NCBI GenBank assembly: GCA_031402215.1
Contig: JANNSE010000105.1
Span: 1-22,858, forward strand
Direction: 5' to 3'
Length of the DNA stretch: 22,858 nt
Source: Candidatus Woesearchaeota archaeon
GTDB taxonomy: Archaea > Nanobdellota > Nanobdellia > Woesearchaeales > UBA9642
This document shows positions 1-9,563 of the stretch, piece by piece (positions within the stretch are counted from its first letter, which is position 1; every line of letters begins with the position of its first letter). Under the pieces are notes generated by a model. That model was given only the letters and a program-made list of their open reading frames with translations. It was not told where the DNA came from and ran no database searches. A program made the translations under genes and the position numbers.

Positions 1-19
1 GTGGATAATATAGAATGAA

Positions 20-541
20 TCAGTGCTTCAAAAGCACAACATTAGTCATTCCACGTCTCTTACGCTCAATCAAACCTTTGCCTTCCAATCTATCTAGAAT
101 ACGCGTTATTTTGACTTTAGTCAGACTCAAATCATCAACCAATTGTGATTGAAAAATAGAACCGTTATTTTCTATAACCTTTTCTAGAACTGCGCGCGCT
201 TCTGAATCTAAATCACGTAAAACATCTTTGAAGTGTGCCTTATCTAATTTTTTTGATTCAACTTGCTCTTTTACAATTCTTGTTTCGCGGTGTACTTCCT
301 TAACAACTACCGGATCATCTTTAGCAAAGAATATCAAGTATAATCCCACTATTATAACGAACACCATTAGTCCTATCCCTACATTCGTTTGAAAGCGTAT
401 ACTACCCCACATAGGACAAGTAGAACCATGACTACAACTAACGTTAACAATATCGGATAAAGACTTATTAAATAACCAAACTAAAAAACCTATAAGTAAA
501 GATATTCCGACTATAATCATACCCACATAACGATTTCTCAT
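20..541 (-). CDS. Membrane-anchored winged-helix transcriptional regulator (MarR/TrmB-like HTH)
   Basis: 173 aa. Two hydrophobic helices (MIIVGISLLIGFLVWLF and IGLMVFVIIVGLYLIFF) flank a Cys/His loop (SCSHGSTCPMWG). The C-terminal wHTH reads SQLVDDLSLTKVKITRILDRLEGKGLIERKRRGMTNVV. A TATA-like box lies 22-29 nt upstream of the ATG. Confidence 0.7.
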   Translation of the reverse strand: MRNRYVGMIIVGISLLIGFLVWLFNKSLSDIVNVSCSHGSTCPMWGSIRFQTNVGIGLMVFVIIVGLYLIFFAKDDPVVVKEVHRETRIVKEQVESKKLDKAHFKDVLRDLDSEARAVLEKVIENNGSIFQSQLVDDLSLTKVKITRILDRLEGKGLIERKRRGMTNVVLLKH

Positions 542-562
542 AATAGACGAACAGAACCGATG

Positions 563-570
563 TATTTAAA
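563..570 (-). promoter_or_regulatory. TATA-box-like element (TTTAAATA on minus strand) for the wHTH gene
   Basis: The plus strand reads tatttaaa at 563-570, 22-29 nt upstream of the ATG at 541. The same spacing is seen at 9537-9544. This suggests a leaderless or short-leader archaeal promoter. Confidence 0.4.
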
Positions 571-607
571 GGTTATGAAAGGACGAGAAGATTTAGAAAA
601 ACGTTTC

Positions 608-1165
608 TCAGAACGATCCTTTAAGCAAATGTCTACCTAACCAAAGATATTCTAAGCCTGAATAGATAGTTATAATTGTAGCAACAAACATCAATACACC
701 GAAATAAGGAATATTAAGTATTACTGCACCTATTGCGAGCATTTGAACCCAAGTCTTAATCTTACCCGACATCTTTACAGGAATATCTGTGTTCTTAGTC
801 AAAGCAAGCATTCTTAGACCAGTTATTAATAGTTCTCTAGCAATAATCGTATAAGCCATCCAAGGAGCCACTCCTCGACCAATTAAAAACACCAATGCAG
901 CACATACTAATAATTTATCTGCAAGAGGATCGAGCATTGCCCCGACAGCACTAACTTCATTACGCTTTCTAGCTATGTATCCATCTAAAGAATCTGATAA
1001 GGCAATGATTGCAAATACTACAGTAGATATGATTGCATGATACTTTATGTCGCTTAATAGAACTACAATGAATACTGGAATCAGAAGTATTCTCGCTAAA
1101 GTGATTTTATTAGCTAAGTTAGAGATTCCTTTCGAACCATTTAATTTTTTATTTAACTTCTTCAT
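608..1165 (-). CDS. CDP-alcohol phosphatidyltransferase (PgsA-like; archaetidyl head-group transferase, specificity undetermined)
   Basis: 185 aa polytopic membrane protein with the family motif D-x2-DG-x2-AR-x8-G-x3-D-x3-D (DSLDGYIARKRNEVSAVGAMLDPLADKL). Its start overlaps the upstream gene's stop by 4 nt (ATGA). Confidence 0.85.
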   Translation of the reverse strand: MKKLNKKLNGSKGISNLANKITLARILLIPVFIVVLLSDIKYHAIISTVVFAIIALSDSLDGYIARKRNEVSAVGAMLDPLADKLLVCAALVFLIGRGVAPWMAYTIIARELLITGLRMLALTKNTDIPVKMSGKIKTWVQMLAIGAVILNIPYFGVLMFVATIITIYSGLEYLWLGRHLLKGSF

Positions 1166-1749
1166 TCTGTCTTACCAACTAATACATTATACCCTTTGAA
1201 TATATAAATTATTCCAGATAATAAAGTCATTACTACAGTCAAATAAATTAGTATGTCAATCCACAACGCATAATAACTATTAATCGCAGCAAGAATAAAG
1301 ACTACAAAGGTTGTTAATTGAAACGTTGTTGAAACTTTTCCAAAAATATTTGGAACTAAAGATTTTCTCTGATTCTTACGTAAAAAGAGTAGTCCGCCTA
1401 GTAATATAATTATATCTCTAGACAAAATTATTAGACCTACCCAGAGCGGAAAATTAAATGTAATTAATAACGCAACCACAGTACAAAATACTAAGACTTT
1501 ATCTGCAATAGGATCTAGTATTCTACCAAACTCTGTCTGCATGTTAAATCTTCTAGCAATTTGACCATCAAGAAAATCAGTTATAGAAGCAATTACAATA
1601 ACAATGAATGCTGCAATATACTTATTGTTTAACAATAAAATCATGAATACGGGTGCAAGAATCAATCTAAGCATCGTCAGGGAATTAGGTATGTTAAATT
1701 TGTTCTCTACAATATTTTTCGGTGATTTTTTTATGTGCTTCTTTTTCAT
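1162..1749 (-). CDS. CDP-alcohol phosphatidyltransferase, second paralog
   Basis: Carries the motif DFLDGQIARRFNMQTEFGRILDPIADKV. The ORF track starts at 1767, but the ATG at 1749 is preceded by GGTGA-N4 (plus strand tcacc at 1754-1758), so I prefer 1749. That start gives 195 aa, against 201 aa for the track ORF. Confidence 0.8.
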   Translation of the reverse strand: MKKKHIKKSPKNIVENKFNIPNSLTMLRLILAPVFMILLLNNKYIAAFIVIVIASITDFLDGQIARRFNMQTEFGRILDPIADKVLVFCTVVALLITFNFPLWVGLIILSRDIIILLGGLLFLRKNQRKSLVPNIFGKVSTTFQLTTFVVFILAAINSYYALWIDILIYLTVVMTLLSGIIYIFKGYNVLVGKTE

Positions 1750-1753
1750 TAGT

Positions 1754-2332
1754 TCACCATTTTTCATTTCTAATACGCAAATAAAATGCTGTATGATTAG
1801 ATAAGACGTGTAAAAAGAATGTTATTATAATAGAACAAAGGAACAACGTCCATGAAAGTTGAGCATACAAGAGAGGAACTACAAATATATATGCACCAAT
1901 AACCAAATCAATTTGGTCCCATGGTTTCAAACTTTCTCCAGGATTTACACTTAATCTTCTTTTGAAAAAACTTTCAATTAAATCGCCAGTAATAGCACCA
2001 AGACCCATTAACAAACCAAGTAATATGACTATAATATGACTAGTATAATCTATTCCGGGAATACTAATTTGTTGAAAGAAAAAAAATTGATATAAGAACA
2101 TCTGCAAATATGCTCCGATTATTCCTCCAATCGCCCCAACAACAAATCCTCTACAAGTCTTATTCGTACCGAATAAAGGTTTGCCATCTTTGAACTTTTT
2201 TCCTTTATCTACAGGAATATTTAGAAACTCTAGAAACTTAGCTTTTTTTACTAGTGGCGGAGCCATATTAGCAAAATATGCCGGTATCAAGAAGTAAGCG
2301 CTTTGCAAGAGCAATAATATAAAATCGTTCAT
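1754..2332 (-). CDS. carS: CDP-archaeol synthase (CarS, DUF46 family)
   Basis: 192 aa membrane protein. Blocks match my recollection of the CarS family: PVDKGKKFKDGKPLFGTNKTCRGFVVGAIGG, GAITGDLIESFFKRRL, WDQIDLVIG and a C-terminal HVLSNHTAFYLRIRNEKW. It is the first gene of an operon with two CDP-alcohol transferases. Confidence 0.8.
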   Translation of the reverse strand: MNDFILLLLQSAYFLIPAYFANMAPPLVKKAKFLEFLNIPVDKGKKFKDGKPLFGTNKTCRGFVVGAIGGIIGAYLQMFLYQFFFFQQISIPGIDYTSHIIVILLGLLMGLGAITGDLIESFFKRRLSVNPGESLKPWDQIDLVIGAYIFVVPLLYAQLSWTLFLCSIIITFFLHVLSNHTAFYLRIRNEKW

Positions 2333-2438
2333 CTAAATCTCTCCATACAGGTATGCTATCCTATATTTATGTCGATTTATTAAGTTTTTGTAGAATTATA
2401 GAAAAAGTAATAGAAAGTAAAAAATAAATTAATTTAGT

Positions 2439-2990
2439 TTAGAACCAACTAATTATATTATTAACATAAGCTTGGTTCAGATGCTTTTTTCCAACTAAAG
2501 CGGCAGATACTTCTGATTTAACTTTTATTAGATCTATATGATCAGCCAGTTCTTCTTCTTTAGCCAGAGCGTTAGAAAACTCTGAACTGTACTTACCATA
2601 GTTTTCTATTTCAGAAAGTAAATTTTTTAATTTATCAACAGCATGTGCAGTTGTATGTTCATCCTTGTGTTTCTTATGAGCATCTACTGCCTTTAATGCG
2701 CTTTCAACAGCAGAATCTAGTTCTCTAAGTTGTTTCAACAAATCCATTGCCCATCTCTTTAATTTCATAGGTTTAGATGCTCCTCTAGGATGTTCAGACA
2801 TTATATCTACAAGTGTAGAATAAGAAGAGTTGTGTGATACAGCTTCCTTAATAGAATTTTCTACGTGCGTATTCATTTCATTCAAGAATTTATCTGCCTC
2901 TTGAACATTTGCATCAGAGAATAACTTAATAGCGCTAAACTTCTTTAGCATTTCAACAGAATATCTAATGTAATCTTTGTGTAAAAACAT
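2439..2990 (-). CDS. Hypothetical all-helical, His/Lys-rich protein
   Basis: The ORF track extends to 3071, but I prefer the internal ATG at 2990 (MFLHKDY...). A TTTATAAA-type element lies 31-38 nt upstream at 3021-3030, and the longer start would leave almost no promoter space for the divergent MFS gene. I recognised no family. Confidence 0.45.
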   Translation of the reverse strand: MFLHKDYIRYSVEMLKKFSAIKLFSDANVQEADKFLNEMNTHVENSIKEAVSHNSSYSTLVDIMSEHPRGASKPMKLKRWAMDLLKQLRELDSAVESALKAVDAHKKHKDEHTTAHAVDKLKNLLSEIENYGKYSSEFSNALAKEEELADHIDLIKVKSEVSAALVGKKHLNQAYVNNIISWF

Positions 2991-3086
2991 GTTCTCACCC
3001 AGTATACTTTGTATAGTGTCGTTTATAAATTTAGCGAGAATTGTCAGAAAAGTTTTTAAAACAACGCACATAAAATAACTATAACA

Positions 3087-4328
3087 ATGAGAAGAGTATT
3101 ACCGATTCGAAAAGCGACTTATTTTGCCTCACCAATATATGTACTAGGCATGTTAATCTTTTTCTGGACGCTATTCGATAGTATGATAACATACATCACA
3201 CCATTAATTTTAGAAAGTCATGGTTTTTCAAATACAATAATAGGATTAATAATTGCAAGTTCTTCCGTGTTTGGAGCATTATTCGATTTTCTGATTTGTA
3301 GATTCATCAAAAATACTAGTTTCAGAAGAACACTTTTATTCATGTTAATACTTTGTTTCACATATCCTCTAATATTAGGAACAGCTAATAGCATAGTTGT
3401 ATTTGTTCTAGCAATGCTTGTTTGGGGTTTGTACTACGACTTTTATGGATTTAGTATCTATGATTACGTTAGTAAATACACAAAAAAAGAAGAACACTCA
3501 TCAAGCTTCGGAATTATGCAAGTCTTCCGTTCAACCGCTAGCATAATCGCTCCACTACTCGTAGGATTAATACTTGTAGGAGTTATATTTAAGAAAGTGT
3601 TTATATGGGCTTATTTTTTCTTAGCAATTGCACTAGCATTATACTTCGTACTTACATATATCACAAAAAGAACTAAGCTTGAATCAGAATCCAAAGAACC
3701 AGAGAGAAAAAGAAATACATTAATAGAATTTCACTTATGGAAAAAAATAGGAAGAAAAATTGCATCACCATTAACAATAACATTCTTCTTGTTTTTTATA
3801 GAAGCATTCTTCTGGACACTTTCACCATTATATTCTGAAAATTTTAGTATGCCTTTATTCGGAGGAATATTCTTAGCAGCATATAGCGTTCCTATGCTAA
3901 CAGCAGGATGGCTTGTGAAAGGATTTACGGAAAAGTATGGAAAGAAAAGAACTGCAATAGTAAGTCTACTTCTCGGTTCTCTAACGATGTGCGCTTTCCT
4001 AATAATAACGAACCCATACTGGGCAATTGGCGTTGTGTTAATATCAGCATTCTTCTTCGGCCTGGCGTTCCCTTCAATAAGCGGAGCATATGCCGACTAT
4101 ATATCCGAGCAGGTTACAGTAGAAAAAGAGATAGAAACACTAGAAGATGCATCATTTAATGTTGCATACGTTCTAGGACCGATTGTAGCAGGGATATTAT
4201 CTGACATATTCGGCATATCTAATGCATTTGCAATCTTAGGAATGATTGGACTAATACTAGCAATTACATTACTAATTGTAACACCTAAGAGCATAAACAT
4301 TAAGATAACGGCAGAAGATTTGAAGTAA
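3087..4328 (+). CDS. MFS-type transporter (about 12 TM segments)
   Basis: 413 aa made of two 6-TM halves separated by a charged loop (KRTKLESESKEPERKRN), which is typical major-facilitator topology. Confidence 0.75.
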   Translation: MRRVLPIRKATYFASPIYVLGMLIFFWTLFDSMITYITPLILESHGFSNTIIGLIIASSSVFGALFDFLICRFIKNTSFRRTLLFMLILCFTYPLILGTANSIVVFVLAMLVWGLYYDFYGFSIYDYVSKYTKKEEHSSSFGIMQVFRSTASIIAPLLVGLILVGVIFKKVFIWAYFFLAIALALYFVLTYITKRTKLESESKEPERKRNTLIEFHLWKKIGRKIASPLTITFFLFFIEAFFWTLSPLYSENFSMPLFGGIFLAAYSVPMLTAGWLVKGFTEKYGKKRTAIVSLLLGSLTMCAFLIITNPYWAIGVVLISAFFFGLAFPSISGAYADYISEQVTVEKEIETLEDASFNVAYVLGPIVAGILSDIFGISNAFAILGMIGLILAITLLIVTPKSINIKITAEDLK

Positions 4329-4378
4329 ATTCTAGAAAATAAAAATTAAAGAAATATAATCAAAAAAATAAAAATTAC

Positions 4379-5116
4379 TTAATCGTTCTCTATTCTTGGT
4401 GCAAGGATGAATACCATTTGTATTTTGTCTAATTCCTTGTACTCCAATTTTAGAGGATAATCTTTACTGAATTGTATATGTACATTACTGCTTATCTTTG
4501 AGCCTTGAATCATTTTCTTCAAGTATTCAATAGAATATTTTGATTTAACTTTCTCTGCAGTTTCTATATGTACATTATCTTCAGATTTAATGTCAACAGT
4601 TGCTTTTCCTGTGTCTCCAGTTGCGCTTACAATGAATTTCTTATCTTCAGACTGGAATGTTACTGATTCAGCAACAATCTCAACATCTTCAATAGCATCA
4701 TTCAGCATACTTGATGGACACTTTATTGTAGTCTTGAATTTTAAATCTGGTTCCTTGTGATCCTTTTCTTGTTGATCAATTAAAGGTAAGTAGAATGTTC
4801 TTACTGTTGAACCTGTTAATACTAATTTCAACTTATTATCTGATAACTCTAAAGTTAGATTATCGCTACCCTTGATTCTTCTCAAAACTTGCTTTAGATT
4901 GTTTAAGTTTATTGCAATGCTTGTTTCTTCTTTAACGCTGTATTCTACAAATGCAGAACTTAATAATCTAAATAAGACCATAGCAACATTTGCTGGATCC
5001 ATGGCAATCATTTCTATACCATTCTTTCCAACCTTAAACTTAGCTTCTGTTACTAAATCAGAAATAATCGTTATTGGTTCTTTGATAAGCTTTGTTTCAG
5101 CTAGTACTAATTTCAT
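4379..5116 (-). CDS. pcn: DNA polymerase sliding clamp (PCNA)
   Basis: Length and sequence are typical of archaeal PCNA (MKLVLAETKLIKEPITIISDLVTEAKFKV..GIEMIAMDPANVAMV...). The ORF track starts at a GTG at 5131. I prefer the ATG at 5116, which is preceded by a GGGGG SD-like run. Confidence 0.9.
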   Translation of the reverse strand: MKLVLAETKLIKEPITIISDLVTEAKFKVGKNGIEMIAMDPANVAMVLFRLLSSAFVEYSVKEETSIAINLNNLKQVLRRIKGSDNLTLELSDNKLKLVLTGSTVRTFYLPLIDQQEKDHKEPDLKFKTTIKCPSSMLNDAIEDVEIVAESVTFQSEDKKFIVSATGDTGKATVDIKSEDNVHIETAEKVKSKYSIEYLKKMIQGSKISSNVHIQFSKDYPLKLEYKELDKIQMVFILAPRIEND

Positions 5117-5316
5117 ATTCAACGCCCCCACATATTATAACATATTTGTTATAAAAAATCACTCTGGACAATCCACAATGATACAGTAGTAAAATCATAT
5201 TGCTTTAAAAATTTGATTATTGGAGGCTGAAGGATTGAAAGTTAGGGTAAAACCGTCACATGAGCATAACAACAGGTCATAACAACATTTTTAAATTATC
5301 ATCATAGACTAAAATC

Positions 5317-7158
5317 ATGAAATCAAAACCTAAAGCATCAAAACAAAAATCAAATACATCAGAGACACAATCTTCTAAAAGCGCATCAAGCACATCCAGT
5401 AAATCACAAGATATTTGGAATATTAAAGATACGTTAGGCGGACAAAGTTTTGAAGCATTAGTAAAAGAGTTAAAATCCAAATCAGAAACATTCATGAATT
5501 ATAGAAAGTTATTGAATAACAAGCTGAGTGTGGATAAATTCTTGGAAATATTAAAGTTTATTGAGAACATACACGTTATAGCTGTACGATTGAATGCGTA
5601 TTGTGAATTAAAATCTAGCGAAAACACGAAGGATGCTGACGCACTAGCAAAAGCATCTCAACTTAAACAAATTAGTTCAGAAATATCAAATAATATTATG
5701 TTTTTTACATTGTGGTTTATGCATCTAGACGATTCTAGTGCGAAAACACTTATGAGTGCTAAGCAATTAGAACCATATAACTATTATCTAGAAGAGGTTA
5801 GAAGATTAAAAGCATATACGAAATCTGAAGAAATAGAAAAACTATTGAATATTAAAGATACGAATGGTCTTGGCGCATTTAGCGAACTGTATGAAATAAT
5901 TACAAACGGATTTAATTACCAATTAAATGGAAAAACCGTTACTGAAGAAGAACTTAGAGCTAAAGTTGTTTCTCAAGACCCTAAAGAACGTAAAGATGCA
6001 TACGATAAAATCTTAAAAAAATTTTCTGAACACAGTACAATACTATCTGAAATATACAAAGATATAGCTATAGAATGGTATAATGATGGAGTAAAAATTA
6101 GAGGATATAAAAACTCTATAAATATCAGAAATGTTAGTAATGACGTTACAGATAAATCTGTAGAAGTATTGATGCGAGTAGTTCGTCAAAATGTCAAAGT
6201 GTTTAACGAATATTTCAAATTAAAATATAAAATAAATACGCAAAATGGTCAGAAGTATCCTTATTCAAGATATCATCTATATGCACCATTCCCACTAAAA
6301 TTAACTAAAAAATATACCTATGAGGAATCTAAACAAATCGTCCTAGAAACATTCAAAGAATTTGATATGAGATTCTATAATAATGCATTAAAAGTCTTGA
6401 ATTCAGGACATATACATTCACATCCAAAACAGGATAAACGAAGCGGAGCATTTTGTGCACCAATGCACAACAAAATAGTGCCTTATGTAATGTTAAATCA
6501 TACTGATACGTTAAGAGATGTATTCACATTAATACATGAATTAGGTCATGCAATGCATTACCTATTCGCAGAAAATTGTACTAATCTAACATATCATGCA
6601 GGAATACCTGTGGCTGAAACAGCATCTGTATTCAGCGAAATGTTACTATCCAAAAAGTTGTTGCGCGAATGTAAAACGGATGCAGAAAAACAATATATTT
6701 TGATACAATTACTAGATAATCAATTTGCTACCGTAATCAGACAAACATATTTCACAATCTTTGAACAATATGCGCATACAAAAGTCTTAGAAGGAATAGA
6801 CGCGGAAGTATTGAATACTGAATGGTATAATACATTAAAAGAACAGTTCGGAGATATGGAAATACCTGAATCATTCAAAAATGAATGGCTATACGTATCA
6901 CATTTCTTTAATCAACCATTCTATTGTTACGGATATGCTTGGGGTAATTTACTAGTATTAGCTTTATTTGATATGTATACAAAGGAGAATGGAAAGTTTA
7001 TCGATAAATATATCAAATTATTGAGCGCTGGCGGTTCTAAATCTCCTATGACGTTATTGAAAGAGTTGAATATAGATCCTGAATCTGAAGAATTCTGGCA
7101 GAGAGGATTTAATACGATTAAGGAAGAGATTGAACAATTAAGAAAATTAGCGAAGTAG
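5317..7158 (+). CDS. pepF: Oligoendopeptidase F (M3B metallopeptidase)
   Basis: 613 aa with the zinc motif HELGHAMH and a downstream E (VAETASVFSE). Overall layout matches PepF. The first roughly 30 aa form a Ser/Lys-rich low-complexity extension. Confidence 0.9.
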   Translation: MKSKPKASKQKSNTSETQSSKSASSTSSKSQDIWNIKDTLGGQSFEALVKELKSKSETFMNYRKLLNNKLSVDKFLEILKFIENIHVIAVRLNAYCELKSSENTKDADALAKASQLKQISSEISNNIMFFTLWFMHLDDSSAKTLMSAKQLEPYNYYLEEVRRLKAYTKSEEIEKLLNIKDTNGLGAFSELYEIITNGFNYQLNGKTVTEEELRAKVVSQDPKERKDAYDKILKKFSEHSTILSEIYKDIAIEWYNDGVKIRGYKNSINIRNVSNDVTDKSVEVLMRVVRQNVKVFNEYFKLKYKINTQNGQKYPYSRYHLYAPFPLKLTKKYTYEESKQIVLETFKEFDMRFYNNALKVLNSGHIHSHPKQDKRSGAFCAPMHNKIVPYVMLNHTDTLRDVFTLIHELGHAMHYLFAENCTNLTYHAGIPVAETASVFSEMLLSKKLLRECKTDAEKQYILIQLLDNQFATVIRQTYFTIFEQYAHTKVLEGIDAEVLNTEWYNTLKEQFGDMEIPESFKNEWLYVSHFFNQPFYCYGYAWGNLLVLALFDMYTKENGKFIDKYIKLLSAGGSKSPMTLLKELNIDPESEEFWQRGFNTIKEEIEQLRKLAK

Positions 7159-7176
7159 AAACTATAAGTGATTTAA

Positions 7177-7536
7177 ATGCGCATTCCAAAACGTTACGGT
7201 GAATCTAAACTAGAAACTTGTCCTTTTTGTGGACGACAAGCAATCATAAAGAATCCTCAAGGCGTTCCAGTATGTACAGATCATAGAGATAAAAACATGC
7301 CTGATTTTAAATGTGTATGCGGATCATATTTATTGATGCAAGAAGGGAAGTTCGGAATATATTTCAATTGCATGAAATGTGGCAACATGAATCTGAAGAA
7401 AGTTCTGGATATAAATCCTAACATCATGCATGCTGAAAAAGCTAAAGAGAAGATTACTCGACCAGACATTGTTAAGAAACAAGAATCTCGAGAACAAACA
7501 GTTAGAAGCGATGATCCAAGATATTTCAGGGATTGA
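7177..7536 (+). CDS. Double zinc-ribbon protein (topoisomerase-type C4 ribbon-like)
   Basis: 119 aa. Has CPFCGRQ...CTDH, then CVCGSYLLMQEGKFGIYFNCMKCG, which resembles topoisomerase IA C-terminal ribbons (G-x-FG-x-[FY]-x2-C). The tail is basic. Confidence 0.55.
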   Translation: MRIPKRYGESKLETCPFCGRQAIIKNPQGVPVCTDHRDKNMPDFKCVCGSYLLMQEGKFGIYFNCMKCGNMNLKKVLDINPNIMHAEKAKEKITRPDIVKKQESREQTVRSDDPRYFRD

Positions 7537-7549
7537 ATCTAGAAAGTGT

Positions 7550-8869
7550 TTATTCTATCTTAAACCTGTGTCCATTCTTTAATATGAAGCAATTCTTATT
7601 CTCTTTGTAGCCCATTTCTTCTGCTAACTCTACGAACTTTTCAGATGTGACTATCTCAGAATGTGAAGGTAACAATATTTGTGGTTCAATAGTATTAATC
7701 AAATCTCTCTGATCTTCTCTCGCGCCGTGTCCTGAGACGTGAATGTCTGTGAATATTCTTACTTTCTTTTTTCGTAATTCTGCTTCCATAGCGCCCCTGT
7801 TCTTTATGTTTGCTTCTCCAGGAATTATTTGACAACTAAATATTACAATATCTTCTTTCTTAAATTTGAAATAATTTTGGAATATCATTCTAGCTAAAAC
7901 CGATTTTGGTTCGCCTTGATGTCCTGTTACAACGAATACATAATCTTCTGGATTCTTACAATTCTTCAAGAATTTCTGAACTTGTTGTCTATACTTTATG
8001 ATTTTAGCTTGCTTTGAGAATTCTACTATACCACATTTTTCTCCGGCCATAACATACTTATCTAGACTTCTTCCTAAGAAGACTACTTTTCTATTCAACT
8101 GTTTAGAAAACTCTATTATGGATTTTATTCTAGCTAAATGACTTGAGAACGTAGAGACAATCATCGCTTTACCTTTGCTATTTGTACTTATCATTACTTC
8201 ACGTAATAACTCTTTAGCAACAGATTCAGAAGGCGTCTTAATCGGTTTGTGTGCATATAAAGAATCTACAATTAATGCTTTTACATTCTTTAATTCGCGC
8301 ATTCTTCCAATGTTAGATTTGTGTCCTAATGTTGGTTGATTATCTAATTTGAAATCGTTAGAATAAACAATTGAGCCATACTTTGTGTGTAAAACTAGAA
8401 GTACAGCGTGTACAACTGAATGTGTTATACTTATGAATTCTATTTTAAGATTATCAGAAACTTTGAACATTGAATTAATATCGTGAGAAATCAATTTATT
8501 TTGTACACGTATTTCTTTGTCAGCAATTAATGCTTTTAGAACTTCCATTGTATAAGGTGTTCCATGTATGGCGCACTTGAATTTTGAAGCTAAGAAAGGA
8601 ACCGCACCGACATGATCTAGATGCGCGTGACTGATACAAATTGCTTTTGTTAATGGAATCCAATCTTCTATTAGATTTATGTCCGGAACAGCCTTTATTT
8701 CTATTAATTTGTTTAAAGATAAATCTGCATCATCATCGTCGCCAGTATAATCAATGTAATGTTGTAAATGTAAACCCATATCAAATATTACAACTTCATT
8801 ATCAACTTTAATTGCTGTACAATTTTTTCCTACTTCTCTAAAGCCGCCTATTGGCATAATTTCAATCAT
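7550..8869 (-). CDS. rnj: Beta-CASP metallo-beta-lactamase ribonuclease, archaeal RNase J-like
   Basis: 439 aa. The N-terminus MPIGGFREVGKNCTAIKVDNEVVIFDMG, the HxHxDH motif (SHAHLDHVGA) and the late HVSGH motif fit the MBL/beta-CASP layout. No KH domains are present, so aCPSF1 is excluded. Confidence 0.8.
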   Translation of the reverse strand: MIEIMPIGGFREVGKNCTAIKVDNEVVIFDMGLHLQHYIDYTGDDDDADLSLNKLIEIKAVPDINLIEDWIPLTKAICISHAHLDHVGAVPFLASKFKCAIHGTPYTMEVLKALIADKEIRVQNKLISHDINSMFKVSDNLKIEFISITHSVVHAVLLVLHTKYGSIVYSNDFKLDNQPTLGHKSNIGRMRELKNVKALIVDSLYAHKPIKTPSESVAKELLREVMISTNSKGKAMIVSTFSSHLARIKSIIEFSKQLNRKVVFLGRSLDKYVMAGEKCGIVEFSKQAKIIKYRQQVQKFLKNCKNPEDYVFVVTGHQGEPKSVLARMIFQNYFKFKKEDIVIFSCQIIPGEANIKNRGAMEAELRKKKVRIFTDIHVSGHGAREDQRDLINTIEPQILLPSHSEIVTSEKFVELAEEMGYKENKNCFILKNGHRFKIE

Positions 8870-8924
8870 ATAATGAGGTACACATAGGATAGTATAAAAA
8901 GATTTGTTTTTTGGTTAGTGAAAT

Positions 8925-9515
8925 CTAATTAGAAAATAACTTGAATTCTAGTGTTTTTACAATCGGTTCTTCTGTACGAGCATCAACAATAATCCCTTTG
9001 CCTGACCTGTGTTCAAGGTCTTTGTTCTCGAGTTTCTCGCTGGAAGGTACAAAAATCATGCCGTATTTTTTAAAATTAGAATCGTTAGAAGGAATCTCTT
9101 TAACGCCTGCATAATCTACAACTCGCTCATACATATCTCTAGTCAATTTATCATCTATTGTTTCTTCAAAAGAAGTTTCATCAACAATATCTCTGGCTTT
9201 GCTAAGCTTAACCTTAGTAGACAGCGGCTTTAAATCAACTTTTGCAGGATTAAAACATCCGGGGATGTTACTAGCTAAAGTAATAAATTCCTTTGTTATT
9301 TCTGCATATTTTATTCCATTATCATCTACATCTATTTTCATATAAGGAAGCTTACCTTGTATAATTAAAGATTCATTAACATGATATAAGTCCGCTAGAG
9401 CTTTTATTTGAGAAAAAGCAGTTATATCTGTTCTACCAAAACCTTCGCCAGTAACATAAGATATGTCTGAAATTGGTTTGAGATACTTTCTTAAATTATT
9501 ATTAACATTAACCAT
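8925..9515 (-). CDS. Hypothetical protein
   Basis: 196 aa soluble ORF with genome-typical composition. A TATA box (TTTATAAA) sits 22-29 nt upstream of the ATG. I recognised no family. Confidence 0.5.
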   Translation of the reverse strand: MVNVNNNLRKYLKPISDISYVTGEGFGRTDITAFSQIKALADLYHVNESLIIQGKLPYMKIDVDDNGIKYAEITKEFITLASNIPGCFNPAKVDLKPLSTKVKLSKARDIVDETSFEETIDDKLTRDMYERVVDYAGVKEIPSNDSNFKKYGMIFVPSSEKLENKDLEHRSGKGIIVDARTEEPIVKTLEFKLFSN

Positions 9516-9536
9516 ACAGTTGAAGAACGGCGACCG

Positions 9537-9544
9537 TTTATAAA
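9537..9544 (-). promoter_or_regulatory. TATA box (TTTATAAA) with adjacent 5-bp inverted repeat
   Basis: TTTATAAA lies 22-29 nt upstream of the ATG at 9515. The inverted repeat aacgg-cga-ccgtt (9526-9538) sits between the TATA box and the start. Confidence 0.4.
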
Positions 9545-9563
9545 TTTAATTATTTGTAACTAC

